Assembly: GCA_019347595.1 (NCBI GenBank)
Contig: JAHWLA010000003.1
Coordinates: 1 to 34,167 of the forward strand
Source of the DNA: Actinomycetota bacterium
GTDB taxonomy: Bacteria; Actinomycetota; Acidimicrobiia; Acidimicrobiales; JAHWLA01
Length of the DNA stretch: 34,167 nt
Direction: 5' to 3'
The position numbers and the translations under genes are program-made. Below, one piece after another: positions 8,716-17,479 of the stretch (positions are counted from its first letter, which is position 1; each line of letters begins with the position of its first letter). A model generated the notes under the pieces. That model saw only the letters and a program-made list of their open reading frames with translations. It searched no databases and was not told where the DNA came from.

Positions 8716-8888
8716 TGAAATCCCCTTTGCAAGCGCCGTCGTTGCGCTACCGGGGTCCGGGGCATCGCTCCCGAGCCGGCCGAAGCCGGGCTCGACACGT
8801 CAGGGCTCTTGTCGTGTCACCCCTCAAGGTACACCCGATCACCGTCGGATGTACCGGGGAAGCGCACGGCGGGCGTGATCGAGGGGCG

Positions 8889-10253
8889 TCAGACCTTGGC
8901 CATGTTGGCGAACTTGGTGTAGTGGTCGAGGAAGGCGAGCTGGGTCACGCCCGTGGGACCGGAGCGGTGCTTCGACACGATGACCTCCGCCGTGCCCCGG
9001 TCGGGCGACTCGCTGTTGTAGACCTCGTCGCGGTACAGGAACATCACCACGTCGGCGTCCTGCTCCAGGGCGCCCGACTCCCGGAGGTCGGCGAGCTGGG
9101 GGCGCTTGTCGGCCCGCATCTCCAACTGGCGGGAGAGCTGGGAGAGCGCCACCACCGGCACCTGCAGCTCGCGGGCCAGGATCTTCAGCCCTCGGCTGAT
9201 CTCGGAGATCTCCACCTGGCGGTTCTCTGCGTTGGACCGCCCCGACATGAGCTGGAGGTAGTCGATGATGACGAGGCCGAGCCCCTCCCGACTCTTGAGC
9301 CGGCGGGCCTTGGCCCGGATGTCCATGACCGTGATCATGGGGTTGTCGTCGATGTAGATCGGAGCTTCGCCCAGCCGGCCGATGGCGTGGCTGATCTTGC
9401 CCCAGTCGGAGTCGTGCAGCCGCCCGTTGCGCATCCGCCCTGCCTCCACCCGGGCCTCGGCGCAGATGAGGCGCTGGGTGATCTCCAGGTGGCTCATCTC
9501 CAGCGAGAAGATGAGCGTGGGCACGCCGCCCTCCATCGCCGCGTTGGCGGCGATGTTGAGGGCGAAGGAGGTCTTGCCCATGGCAGGGCGGGCGCCCACG
9601 ATCACCAGGTTGGAGGGCTGGAGCCCGGACAGCCGGTCGTCGAGGTCGACGAAGCCGGTGGGCACGCCGGTGATCGTGTCGCCCCGGTCGTAGAGCGCCT
9701 CCAGGCGGTCGAGGCTGGCGGCCAGGAGGTCGCGCAGCGGCTTGGTGGTGTCGGTGACCCGCCGCTGGGCCACCTCGAACACCATCGACTCGGCCCGATC
9801 GACGGCGGCCGCCACGTCGTCGGGCACGTCGTAGCCCAGCTCGGCGATCTCGCCCGCCACCCCGATGAGCCGGCGCAGCAGGGCGTGCTCCTCCACGATG
9901 CGGGCGTAGCGGCCCGCGTTGGAGATGGCCGGGGTGTTGGCCTGAAGCGACATCAGGGTGGCCGAGCCGCCGATGTGGTCGAGCAGATCGGCCCGCCGCA
10001 GCTCGTCGGCCACGGTGACGGGGTCGACGGGCTCGCCCTGGCCGTAGAGCGAGGTGATGGCGTCGAACACATGGCCGTGGGCCGGCTTGTAGAAGTCGTC
10101 GGCCGAACAGATCTGGACGGCGTCGACGATGGCGTCACGCGACAGCAGCATGGCGCCGAGCAGGGACTCCTCGGCCTGGAGGTTGTGCGGGGGCACTCGC
10201 GGCTTGGAGGAGGAGGCCTGCCGCCGTCTGGCTTCTTCGATCGATTGCACCAT
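8889..10253 (-). CDS. dnaB: replicative DNA helicase DnaB (no intein)
   Basis: 454 aa. N-terminus PPHNLQAEESLLGAMLL, Walker A GARPAMGKTSFAL, IIDYLQLM, and ALSQLSR..E.R.DKRP.L.DLRESG. Confidence 0.95.
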   Translation of the reverse strand: MVQSIEEARRRQASSSKPRVPPHNLQAEESLLGAMLLSRDAIVDAVQICSADDFYKPAHGHVFDAITSLYGQGEPVDPVTVADELRRADLLDHIGGSATLMSLQANTPAISNAGRYARIVEEHALLRRLIGVAGEIAELGYDVPDDVAAAVDRAESMVFEVAQRRVTDTTKPLRDLLAASLDRLEALYDRGDTITGVPTGFVDLDDRLSGLQPSNLVIVGARPAMGKTSFALNIAANAAMEGGVPTLIFSLEMSHLEITQRLICAEARVEAGRMRNGRLHDSDWGKISHAIGRLGEAPIYIDDNPMITVMDIRAKARRLKSREGLGLVIIDYLQLMSGRSNAENRQVEISEISRGLKILARELQVPVVALSQLSRQLEMRADKRPQLADLRESGALEQDADVVMFLYRDEVYNSESPDRGTAEVIVSKHRSGPTGVTQLAFLDHYTKFANMAKV

Positions 10254-10282
10254 GGGTGATCCTCAGTAGACCCCGTCGGCCC

Positions 10283-10344
10283 TGTGGAGCATCAGGGGGG
10301 TCTTCTTGGGGGTTTCCCTGTGGAGGAGCCGGTTCTTGTCCACA
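10283..10344. promoter_or_regulatory. DnaA-box-like cluster upstream of dnaB
   Basis: A perfect TTGTCCACA lies at 10336-10344 (+). TGTGGAGGA (10319-10327) and TGTGGAGCA (10283-10291) read tCCTCCACA and tGCTCCACA on the other strand, each 7/9 to the consensus. CCCTGTGGAG is also a 10-bp direct repeat 36 bp apart. Confidence 0.4.
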
Positions 10345-10365
10345 CCCCCCAGTGTGACGAGGGGA

Positions 10366-10402
10366 TGCGACAAACAACGGGACCGTCCCGAAGGACGGTC
10401 CC
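10366..10402 (-). terminator. intrinsic terminator of the rpsF-ssb-rpsR-rplI operon
   Basis: On the minus strand: GGGACCGTCC-TTCG-GGACGGTCCC, a 10-bp perfect stem with a UUCG loop, followed by GTTGTTTGTCG. Confidence 0.55.
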
Positions 10403-10416
10403 GTTCGCACGTTCTG

Positions 10417-10458
10417 GTGTCGGAAGTGCGCACCGGGGTGCGCACTTGCGCAACGAGA
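10417..10458 (-). repeat. palindromic element, family 2 copy A, immediately after the rplI stop
   Basis: Plus strand: gtgtCGGAAGTGCGCAccggGGTGCGCACTTgcgcAACGAGA. The 10-bp stem is aagtgcgcac/gtgcgcactt. It shares 12+11+7 nt blocks with 12408..12451. Confidence 0.65.
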
Positions 10459-10466
10459 TCGAGGGG

Positions 10467-10913
10467 TTAGCTCGCCACGACCTCCACGGTGACGGGGAAC
10501 TGCACGTCGGGGTGCAGCTTCACCGGGACGTGGTGGGTGCCCAACGTCTTGATGGGCTCCTCCAGGTGCAGCTTGCGCCGGTCGAGCTCCACGCCCGCCT
10601 GCTCGGCCACCGCGGTGATCACGTCGGCCGCCGTCACCGACCCGAACAACTTGCCCTCGGCTCCGGCCCGGGCCGTGATGCGGATTGTCCTCGGCACCAG
10701 CGTACGGGCCACCACCTCGGCCGACTCGCGGTCCTTGGCGTCCTTCAGATCGCGGGACCGCCGCATGGCGTCGGCCTGGGCCTGCACCCCGGGGGTCGCC
10801 TTGATGGCCCGGCCCTTGGGGATCAGGAAGTTGCGGGCGAACCCGTCGGCCACATCGAGGATGTCGCCCTTCTTGCCGACGCCGTCGACGTCGGACCGCA
10901 GCACGATGCGCAT
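10467..10913 (-). CDS. rplI: 50S ribosomal protein L9
   Basis: [36 protein letters not shown].. The ATG at 10913 overlaps the rpsR stop (TGATG). Confidence 0.95.
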   Translation of the reverse strand: MRIVLRSDVDGVGKKGDILDVADGFARNFLIPKGRAIKATPGVQAQADAMRRSRDLKDAKDRESAEVVARTLVPRTIRITARAGAEGKLFGSVTAADVITAVAEQAGVELDRRKLHLEEPIKTLGTHHVPVKLHPDVQFPVTVEVVAS

Positions 10914-11434
10914 CACTCGACCTCCGTGTCCCCGCCGTCGCCGTTGCCGTCAGCGCCCGCACCGGCACCGGCGCCGGCACCCGCACCGACGGTCTCGACC
11001 ACCAGCTCGTCGCCGTCGTCGGTGCCGACCGCCTCGTCGTCGATCACGTCGACGTCGGTGCTGTCGGGCTCGACCTCGGCTGCCGCGTCACGCCGGTCGG
11101 GGCGCGGGCCCCGGTCGCCCCGGTCGCCGCGGCCGCCGCCCCGGCCCGAGCGCTCGGCCACCGTGCGCTGGAGGTAGGGAAGCAGGGCCAATTCCCGGCT
11201 CGTCTTGATGGCAACGGCCACGTCGCGCTGGTGCTGCGAGCAGTTGCCGGTGACCCGACGGGCCCGGATCTTGCCCCGGTCGCTCATGAACCGACGCAGG
11301 ACGTTGACGTCCTTGTAGTCGACCCAGTCGATCTTCTCCTTGCAGAAGATGCAGACCTTCTTCTTCCCGCCGCGGCGGCGGTCGTCCTTGGGGGCGCGCT
11401 TGGCGCCCCGGTCGCGATCGTTGCTCCGTGCCAC
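10913..11434 (-). CDS. rpsR: 30S ribosomal protein S18 with a long C-terminal extension
   Basis: The S18 core is [64 protein letters not shown]. It is followed by about 86 extra residues (an RG-rich stretch, then an acidic tail with (GA)6). GTG start. Confidence 0.9.
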   Translation of the reverse strand: MARSNDRDRGAKRAPKDDRRRGGKKKVCIFCKEKIDWVDYKDVNVLRRFMSDRGKIRARRVTGNCSQHQRDVAVAIKTSRELALLPYLQRTVAERSGRGGGRGDRGDRGPRPDRRDAAAEVEPDSTDVDVIDDEAVGTDDGDELVVETVGAGAGAGAGAGADGNGDGGDTEVE

Positions 11435-11922
11435 TAGAAAGGCTCCTCGTCGTAGCCGTAGCCGCCCGCAGACGGCTGGGCGGCCCCGGCTGCCGCGGGC
11501 CGGCTCCCGCCGCCCTGGCCGCCACCTTGTCCAGCGCCGCCGCCCTCACCGGGCCCGCGGCGTTCGTTCTTGGTCACCGTCGCGGTCGCCCAGCGCAGGC
11601 TGGGGCCGATCTCGTCGGCGACCACTTCGATCTTCGAGCGCTTCTCGCCCTCCTGGGTCTCCCACGACCGCTGCTCGAGGCGGCCGGTCACGACGACCCG
11701 CGACCCGCGGCTGAGGGACTCGCTGACGTTCTCCGCCATCTCCCGCCAGCACACCACGTCGAAGAAGGAGACGGCTTCCTCCCACTCGCCCGACTGGCGG
11801 TTCTGCCACCGGCGGTTGACGGCGAGGCCGAAGGAGGCCGTCGCCTGCCCGCTGGGGGTGAACCGCAACTCGGGGTCGCGGGTGACGTTGCCGACCAGGG
11901 TGACGCTGTTTCCGTTGCTCAT
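11434..11922 (-). CDS. ssb: single-stranded DNA-binding protein
   Basis: The real start is ATG 11922, inside the 511-aa track ORF. Sequence [39 protein letters not shown].., a Gly-rich linker, and the acidic tip GYDEEPF. 162 aa. Confidence 0.95.
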   Translation of the reverse strand: MSNGNSVTLVGNVTRDPELRFTPSGQATASFGLAVNRRWQNRQSGEWEEAVSFFDVVCWREMAENVSESLSRGSRVVVTGRLEQRSWETQEGEKRSKIEVVADEIGPSLRWATATVTKNERRGPGEGGGAGQGGGQGGGSRPAAAGAAQPSAGGYGYDEEPF

Positions 11923-11929
11923 AGCGTGC

Positions 11930-12304
11930 TCACGCTCCGTTCGCGGCGGCGTCCGCCACAGCGGGCGCCTCGGCTGCTGGTGAAGGGGCCGACGCCGACT
12001 GCGCGCGGGCGGCCACCGATTCCGGCAGGCGGATGACCTTGTGACGGACCACCTCGTCTGCGAGTGAGAGCATCCGCTCGAGCTCGGCCATGGCGGCGGG
12101 CTCGGCAGACGTCCGGAGGAGGAAGTAGTACCCCTCGGTGCGATGGTTGAGCTCGTAGGCCAAGCGCCGCTTCCCCCACGTCTCGACCCGGCTGGGCGTG
12201 GCGCCCTTGGAGTCGAGCAGCGAGGTCGCCCGCTCGACGATCCCTCGGATGACGTCCTCCTCGAGGCTCGGCTCGAGGATGACCATGACTTCGTAAGGCC
12301 GCAA
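11930..12304 (-). CDS. rpsF: 30S ribosomal protein S6
   Basis: MRPYEVMVILEPSLEE..VETWGKRRLAYELNHRTEGYYFLL.. TTG start preceded by GGGAGGTGAAGG. Confidence 0.95.
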   Translation of the reverse strand: MRPYEVMVILEPSLEEDVIRGIVERATSLLDSKGATPSRVETWGKRRLAYELNHRTEGYYFLLRTSAEPAAMAELERMLSLADEVVRHKVIRLPESVAARAQSASAPSPAAEAPAVADAAANGA

Positions 12305-12407
12305 CGGCCTTCACCTCCCTGTGGACCCGGCCTCTGGCTCGGGGCCCCCGACGGTCGGGGGCAGGGTGTTCGGTTGGAGAACCCGGCCATGGTACCGGTC
12401 GCCGTAC

Positions 12408-12451
12408 CGGTTACGGAAGTGCGCATCCCGGTGCGCACTTCCGTAACGAGA
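12408..12451 (-). repeat. palindromic element, family 2 copy B, after the DUF192 stop and upstream of rpsF
   Basis: Perfect 16-bp stem gttacggaagtgcgca (12410-12425) / tgcgcacttccgtaac (12432-12447) with loop tcccgg, followed by the same AACGAGA tail as copy A. Confidence 0.7.
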
Positions 12452-12467
12452 ACGGGAGGGGCGGGGG

Positions 12468-13064
12468 TCAGGCGCAGGCGCCGCCGACCCGGGCCACCGA
12501 GCCGGGCACCAGTCCCAGCACTTCGGCGTCCCCCCTGGGCACCTCGACGGCCACCCGGTACGGCCGCGACGGCGGCGGGTAGCTCGGGCAGTCGGGCGAG
12601 TCGGCGCACGGCTCCATGTCGTTCGCCGACACGAACCGCCCCTCGGCGTCGTAGTAGGCGATCGTCAACGGCATCGGCGTGTTGCGCATCCAGAACCCGC
12701 TGGTGGTGTCGTCCTCGAACAGGAACGCCATGCCCGCGTGTTCGCCGAGGTCGGTGACCTCCATGAGCCCCCGGGCGCGCTCGTCGCCGGTGTCGGCCAC
12801 CAGGACGCAGCTCACCTGCTCCCCGCCGCCGGGCGTCGCCACCCGCAGGGCGGCCTCGTCGACGCCGGCCAGCGCGCCGATCGCCAGCGTAGGGTCGGCG
12901 GGCCGGTTGGCGCCGACAGCCAGGAAGGCCAGGAACGTCAGCGCCAGCAGCACCCCCAACACCCACCACAGCACGCGCCGCCCTGTGTCGGTGGCGAAGA
13001 ACGAGACCGCGCGCCGCAGCGCCGGGGGCAACGACTCGGGGATGTCCGCAGTGCCGGTGGTCAC
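12468..13064 (-). CDS. DUF192 domain protein with N-terminal TM anchor
   Basis: TM segment VLWWVLGVLLALTFLAFLAV, then ..RARGLMEVTDLGEHAGMAFLFEDDTTSGFWMRNTPMPLTIAYYDAEGRFV..MEPC, a DUF192-like pattern. Confidence 0.65.
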   Translation of the reverse strand: MTTGTADIPESLPPALRRAVSFFATDTGRRVLWWVLGVLLALTFLAFLAVGANRPADPTLAIGALAGVDEAALRVATPGGGEQVSCVLVADTGDERARGLMEVTDLGEHAGMAFLFEDDTTSGFWMRNTPMPLTIAYYDAEGRFVSANDMEPCADSPDCPSYPPPSRPYRVAVEVPRGDAEVLGLVPGSVARVGGACA

Positions 13065-13068
13065 CCGG

Positions 13069-13941
<873 letters not shown>

Positions 13942-14024
13942 GGCGCTGGCCTCCTTCCCCGTCCAGCGCCCCTCGGCTGCCGGCGGTGACTCCAGTGTGA
14001 GCCCGCCGGGCTACCGTTCGCAAC

Positions 14025-14207
14025 ATGGAGCGGGTGTGCGAGAACTGCGCTCGGGAAGACGACGACCTGGTCCTCGTCAACCGCGTCTACGTGGTGCCCG
14101 AGCGCTGGGACACAGCGGGCTCGTCGACGACGGTGCCGGGCGGCGAGCTGTGGTGCTTCTCGTGCCGCTCCATGTACCCGCACGACGTGGTCGAGCCCGA
14201 GGGCTGA
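14025..14207 (+). CDS. small CxxC..CxxC zinc-ribbon-like protein (hypothetical)
   Basis: 60 aa: MERVCENCAREDDDLVLVNRVYVVPE...ELWCFSCRSMYPHD. It has two CxxC pairs and high third-position GC, sits in an otherwise empty gap, and is divergent from panB. Confidence 0.4.
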   Translation: MERVCENCAREDDDLVLVNRVYVVPERWDTAGSSTTVPGGELWCFSCRSMYPHDVVEPEG

Positions 14208-14238
14208 CCCCACCGTTCTGGTCCCCCGAACGCCGGGG

Positions 14239-16422
14239 TCAGGTGTCGGCGTCCTTCTTGGTGGTGGAGGTGGTGGGCGGCGGCTTGGTCGTGGTGGTGG
14301 TGCTCGACGTCGTGGTCGCGGCGCCGGCGGGCTTGGTGGTCGTCGTGGTGGTGGCCGCCTTGCCGCCCGGCGCCGTGGTGGTGGTCGGCGCCTGGTCGGG
14401 CACCGTGCTCGACGTGGTGGTGGTGGTCGTCGGGATGACCGCCCGGCTCGACGGCTTGAGGGTCTTGCCGCCGAAGCTCGTCACGTTGGGGAACGAGCCG
14501 GTGTCCATCCCGGCGGTCGCCTTCTCCATGAAGCGCTTGAAGATCGTCGTCGGGAACGAGCCGCCGTTGACCTTGCGGCCCCGCACGTTGAGCATCTTCC
14601 GGGAGTTGCCCTCGGGGTAGCCCATCCACACCGCCGCGGTGAGCTTGGGCGTGTAGCCGACGAACCAGGCGTCGCCGAAGTCGTCGGTGGTGCCGGTCTT
14701 GCCCGCCAGCGGCTTGCCGAACTGGGCGCCGGTCCCGCTGCCGCCCTCGACGACCTGGCGCAGGCAGTAGGTCACGATGTCGGCGTGGCGGCGCTCCAGC
14801 ACCTTGGTGCGCTCCGGCCGCGCCCGCTCCAGCACCCGCCCGTCGGCCGTGGTCACCTCGAGGATGACGGTGGGCGGCACCCGCTCGCCCCGGTTGGCGA
14901 ACGTGGTGTACGACGACGCCATCTCCAGCACCGACACCTCGGAGGTCCCGAGGGTGAGCGAGAGGCCCGGTTCGAGGTCGGACTCGACGCCCGCCTGGTG
15001 GGCCAGGTCGGCCACCTTCTGCGGGCCGACCACGTCGATGAGCTGCGCGTAGACGGTGTTGACCGAGCTCTTGGTGGCGTCGATGAGGTTGAGCGAGCCG
15101 CCGAAGTCCTGGTCCTCGTAGTTGCCGACCGGATAGTCGCGTCCCTGGTTGGCCTTGGGGAAGACGATCTCGGCGGGCGCAGGCAGCGACGACTGCACGC
15201 TGAAGCCCTGACGCACGGCCTCGGCCAGCACGAACGGCTTGAAGGTCGACCCCGGCTGGCGGCCCGACCCGCCGCCGTCGCTGCCGAGAGCCAGGTTCAC
15301 CTGCGATTGCGTCCAGTCCTTGCCGCCGACCATGGCCCGCACAAAGCCGTTGTCGTCGATGGCAACCAGGGCGCCTGCCGGGTCGTCCTTGCGGTTGAGG
15401 AAGCCGTACACGGCGTCGTAGGCGGCGGCCTGCATGTCGAGGTCGAGCGACGTCTTCACGCGGAGGCCGCCGCCCAGCACCGTCGCCTCGCCGTACTTGG
15501 CCACGAGCTGCCGGCGCACGTACTCCACGAAGTACTGCGTGCCCTTGTCGGGCAGGGCGAAGGTGGGCTCGGCCTCGTCCTTGGGGATCACATACGACTC
15601 CACCGGCATGGCGGCGACGGCCTCGCGCTCCTCGCGGGTGATGGAGCGCGCCCGCTCCATGGAGCGCAGGGTGCTGTCGCGGCGCCGGGCGGCCAGCTTG
15701 GGGTTCTTGAGCGCGTCGGCGCCGACGGGGGCGCGGATGAGGCCGGCCAGATAGGCCGCCTCCCGAAGGTCGAGGGCGCCCACGTCCTTGCCGAAGTAGG
15801 CGCGTGACGCGGCCTGCACGCCGTACGCCCCGCGGCCGAAGTAGATGGTGTTGAGGTAGCGCTCGAGGATGACCTGCTTGTCGAGCTTGCGTTCGACCTT
15901 GACGGCCAGCGCCGCCTCCTTCACTTTGCGGGCCAGGGTGCGGTCGCTGCCGAGGTAGACGTTCTTCACGTACTGCTGGGTGATCGTCGAACCGCCCTGG
16001 AGCGACGCGCTGCCGCGCAGGTCGGCGACGGTGGCCCGCAGCACGCCGAACGGGTCGAGGCCGCTGTGGTCGAAGAAGTTCTTGTCCTCCGTGGCCAGCA
16101 CGGCGTCGATCACCACGGGCGGCACGTCGGCCAGCTTGACGTTCACGCGGTTGGTGTCGCTGGTGAGCAGGGCCAGGCGGTCGCCGTCGGCGTCGGTGAG
16201 GAAGCTGGTCTGGGCCTGCATCTTCTCGGGGGGCAGCGGGACGCGCACGAGGAGGTAGCCCGCCCCGGCCAGCCCAGTGAAGACCAGGAGGCCGAGGAGG
16301 AACAGCAGTCGCCGGTAGCGCCAGACGAAGCTGCGGCGCTTGCCGGTGGGCTTGCGCGTGCGCGGCTTGCGCGGGGCGGGGCGGCGAGCTGCGTGACGCG
16401 GAGGGGGGCGTTTCGCAGGCAT
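14239..16422 (-). CDS. ponA: class A penicillin-binding protein (transglycosylase/transpeptidase) with Thr/Pro-rich C-terminal tail
   Basis: Real start is ATG 16422 (MPAKRPPPRH.., then a TM). GT51 motifs: ATEDKNFFDH, GGSTITQQYVKN, RKVKE. Transpeptidase motifs: STFKP, SVN, KTGTT. The extra 288 N-terminal aa of the track ORF are Arg/Gly/Pro junk. Confidence 0.92.
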   Translation of the reverse strand: MPAKRPPPRHAARRPAPRKPRTRKPTGKRRSFVWRYRRLLFLLGLLVFTGLAGAGYLLVRVPLPPEKMQAQTSFLTDADGDRLALLTSDTNRVNVKLADVPPVVIDAVLATEDKNFFDHSGLDPFGVLRATVADLRGSASLQGGSTITQQYVKNVYLGSDRTLARKVKEAALAVKVERKLDKQVILERYLNTIYFGRGAYGVQAASRAYFGKDVGALDLREAAYLAGLIRAPVGADALKNPKLAARRRDSTLRSMERARSITREEREAVAAMPVESYVIPKDEAEPTFALPDKGTQYFVEYVRRQLVAKYGEATVLGGGLRVKTSLDLDMQAAAYDAVYGFLNRKDDPAGALVAIDDNGFVRAMVGGKDWTQSQVNLALGSDGGGSGRQPGSTFKPFVLAEAVRQGFSVQSSLPAPAEIVFPKANQGRDYPVGNYEDQDFGGSLNLIDATKSSVNTVYAQLIDVVGPQKVADLAHQAGVESDLEPGLSLTLGTSEVSVLEMASSYTTFANRGERVPPTVILEVTTADGRVLERARPERTKVLERRHADIVTYCLRQVVEGGSGTGAQFGKPLAGKTGTTDDFGDAWFVGYTPKLTAAVWMGYPEGNSRKMLNVRGRKVNGGSFPTTIFKRFMEKATAGMDTGSFPNVTSFGGKTLKPSSRAVIPTTTTTTSSTVPDQAPTTTTAPGGKAATTTTTTKPAGAATTTSSTTTTTKPPPTTSTTKKDADT

Positions 16423-17279
16423 CAGAGGGAGTCGTTCGAGGGTACCGGCCGGCGGCGCCGGTAGGCGGCTTCTGCCGCCACGGCGAGGGCGCCCGCGGCG
16501 ACGACCCGGAGGGCGCCCGCGTCGTACGCGTCGAGCCGGGCCGGCCCGACCCAGTCCCACGTGCCGGGGAGCACGAGCAGCCAGACGGCCACGACCGCCG
16601 CGGGCAGGTGGCGCGCGCCGAGCGGCGCCGACTGCGGGCGGATGGCCGCCAGTGCCGCGACGGCGAGCGCCGCCGCGCTGACGACGACGCGGACGGCCGA
16701 CACCGGCCCGCCCGCGATGGCGGCGGCGGCCACCACTGCGCCGGGGAGGGCGAGGACGGCGACGCGGCCGCCGTGGCCGGGGGCGGCGGCGGCGAGGGCG
16801 GCGGCCGCGGCCACGAGGTAGGCGGCCGGTCGGGCCGACGGCACGGCCGTGAGGGCCACGGCCAGCAGCGCGAGCGAGACGGCGGGGCGGGGCGGCCACC
16901 ACGCCGTGGCAACGGCGGCTGCGCCCGCGACGAGGGCCACGGCCGTGCGGGCGTCGAGCTCGGTCGCCGCCGGGATGGCGACGAGCAGCGCGGGGGCGAG
17001 CAGCACGCCCGCTTCCGGGCGGACGGCGGCGGCGGCGACGGCGAGGGCGGCGGCGCCGAGGAGGGGGACGGCGGGGGTGCCGTCGGCGGGGACGAGGCTG
17101 GTGGCGGCGGGCAGGGCGGCCAGCAGGCCGAGGGAGACCAGGAGCCACTCGACCGACGTGTCGCGGGGCGGCCACAGGGCGGTGACGGCGGCGGCCGTGC
17201 CCGCGGCGGCGATGTGGGCCAGGTCGCCGGAGGCGACGGCCGCGACGACCCACGCCGCCGTCACCACCACCCCCACCAC
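16422..17279 (-). CDS. Ala-rich polytopic membrane protein, unknown function (start uncertain)
   Basis: The C-terminal ~285 aa of ORF 16422..17798 form repeated hydrophobic segments (VVGVVVTAAWVVAAVA.., LLVSLGLLAALPAA.., AVVAVWLLVLPGTW). The first in-frame GTG after the inverted-repeat element is 17279. The stop overlaps the ponA ATG (TGATG). Confidence 0.45.
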   Translation of the reverse strand: MVGVVVTAAWVVAAVASGDLAHIAAAGTAAAVTALWPPRDTSVEWLLVSLGLLAALPAATSLVPADGTPAVPLLGAAALAVAAAAVRPEAGVLLAPALLVAIPAATELDARTAVALVAGAAAVATAWWPPRPAVSLALLAVALTAVPSARPAAYLVAAAAALAAAAPGHGGRVAVLALPGAVVAAAAIAGGPVSAVRVVVSAAALAVAALAAIRPQSAPLGARHLPAAVVAVWLLVLPGTWDWVGPARLDAYDAGALRVVAAGALAVAAEAAYRRRRPVPSNDSL

Positions 17280-17285
17280 CCCCCA

Positions 17286-17479
17286 CCCGAATTGGGATGC
17301 AAAGCGGTCGCTGGAGCGACCGCTTTGCACACCGGTTCGAGCGTCGGTGTTCGCCTCCGCGTCGTCGAGTCCGAGGCGCGCCAGACGGACCGCCAGTCTG
17401 CGCACGCCGGTTCGGCGGGCGTCGGTGTTCCGGCCGCCGATACGCGCGTCCGGGCGACCACTTTGCATCCCAATTCGGG
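17286..17479. repeat. MITE-like / structured inverted-repeat element (194 bp, 26-bp terminal inverted repeats)
   Basis: cccgaattgggatgcaaagcggtcgc (17286-17311) against the reverse complement of gcgaccactttgcatcccaattcggg (17454-17479) matches 25/26. There is an internal perfect 14-bp hairpin at 17298-17329. Internal direct repeats CCGGTTCG..GCGTCGGTGTTC lie at about 17332-17354 and 17406-17430. The flanks are inverted C-run/G-run tracts (17262-17285, 17480-17497). Confidence 0.6.

Noticed and set aside
8716-8888. Hairpins in the dnaB-STAS intergenic region as a possible ANTAR dual-hairpin target
   Set aside because: The candidate stem (AGCGC-aacgacg-GCGCT) has a 7-nt loop and no matching second hexaloop hairpin, so it does not fit the published two-hexaloop architecture.
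8709-10259. 516-aa plus-strand ORF opposite dnaB
   Set aside because: It is a shadow frame of dnaB. The same reasoning discards 5123..6571(-), 16849..19149(+), 18937..20259(-), 20227..22446(+), 20573..22144(-), 24842..26311(-) and 27337..28488(-).
10280-10345. Possible replication origin because of DnaA boxes
   Set aside because: There are only three boxes, one of them perfect. There is no AT-rich unwinding element and no dnaA/dnaN context. A regulatory or titration site is the more cautious reading.
10941-10990. Short tandem GC-rich hexanucleotide run considered as a CRISPR or VNTR feature
   Set aside because: It is in frame inside rpsR and encodes (GA)6. There are no spacers and no repeat-spacer periodicity. 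It is retained only as part of the S18-extension finding.
16423-17286. 288-aa N-terminal extension of the PBP ORF (14239..17286), and the overlapping 941-aa ORF 14087..16912
   Set aside because: The extension is pure Arg/Gly/Pro low complexity and overlaps a hydrophobic membrane-protein frame. The PBP has a canonical start (MPAKRP.., basic stretch, TM) at 16422. ORF 14087..16912 is an alternative frame of the same gene.
17330-17432. GGTTCGA-like motifs inside the inverted-repeat element that resemble a tRNA T-loop
   Set aside because: No acceptor, D or anticodon arms can be drawn around them. The motifs are part of a direct repeat within the element.
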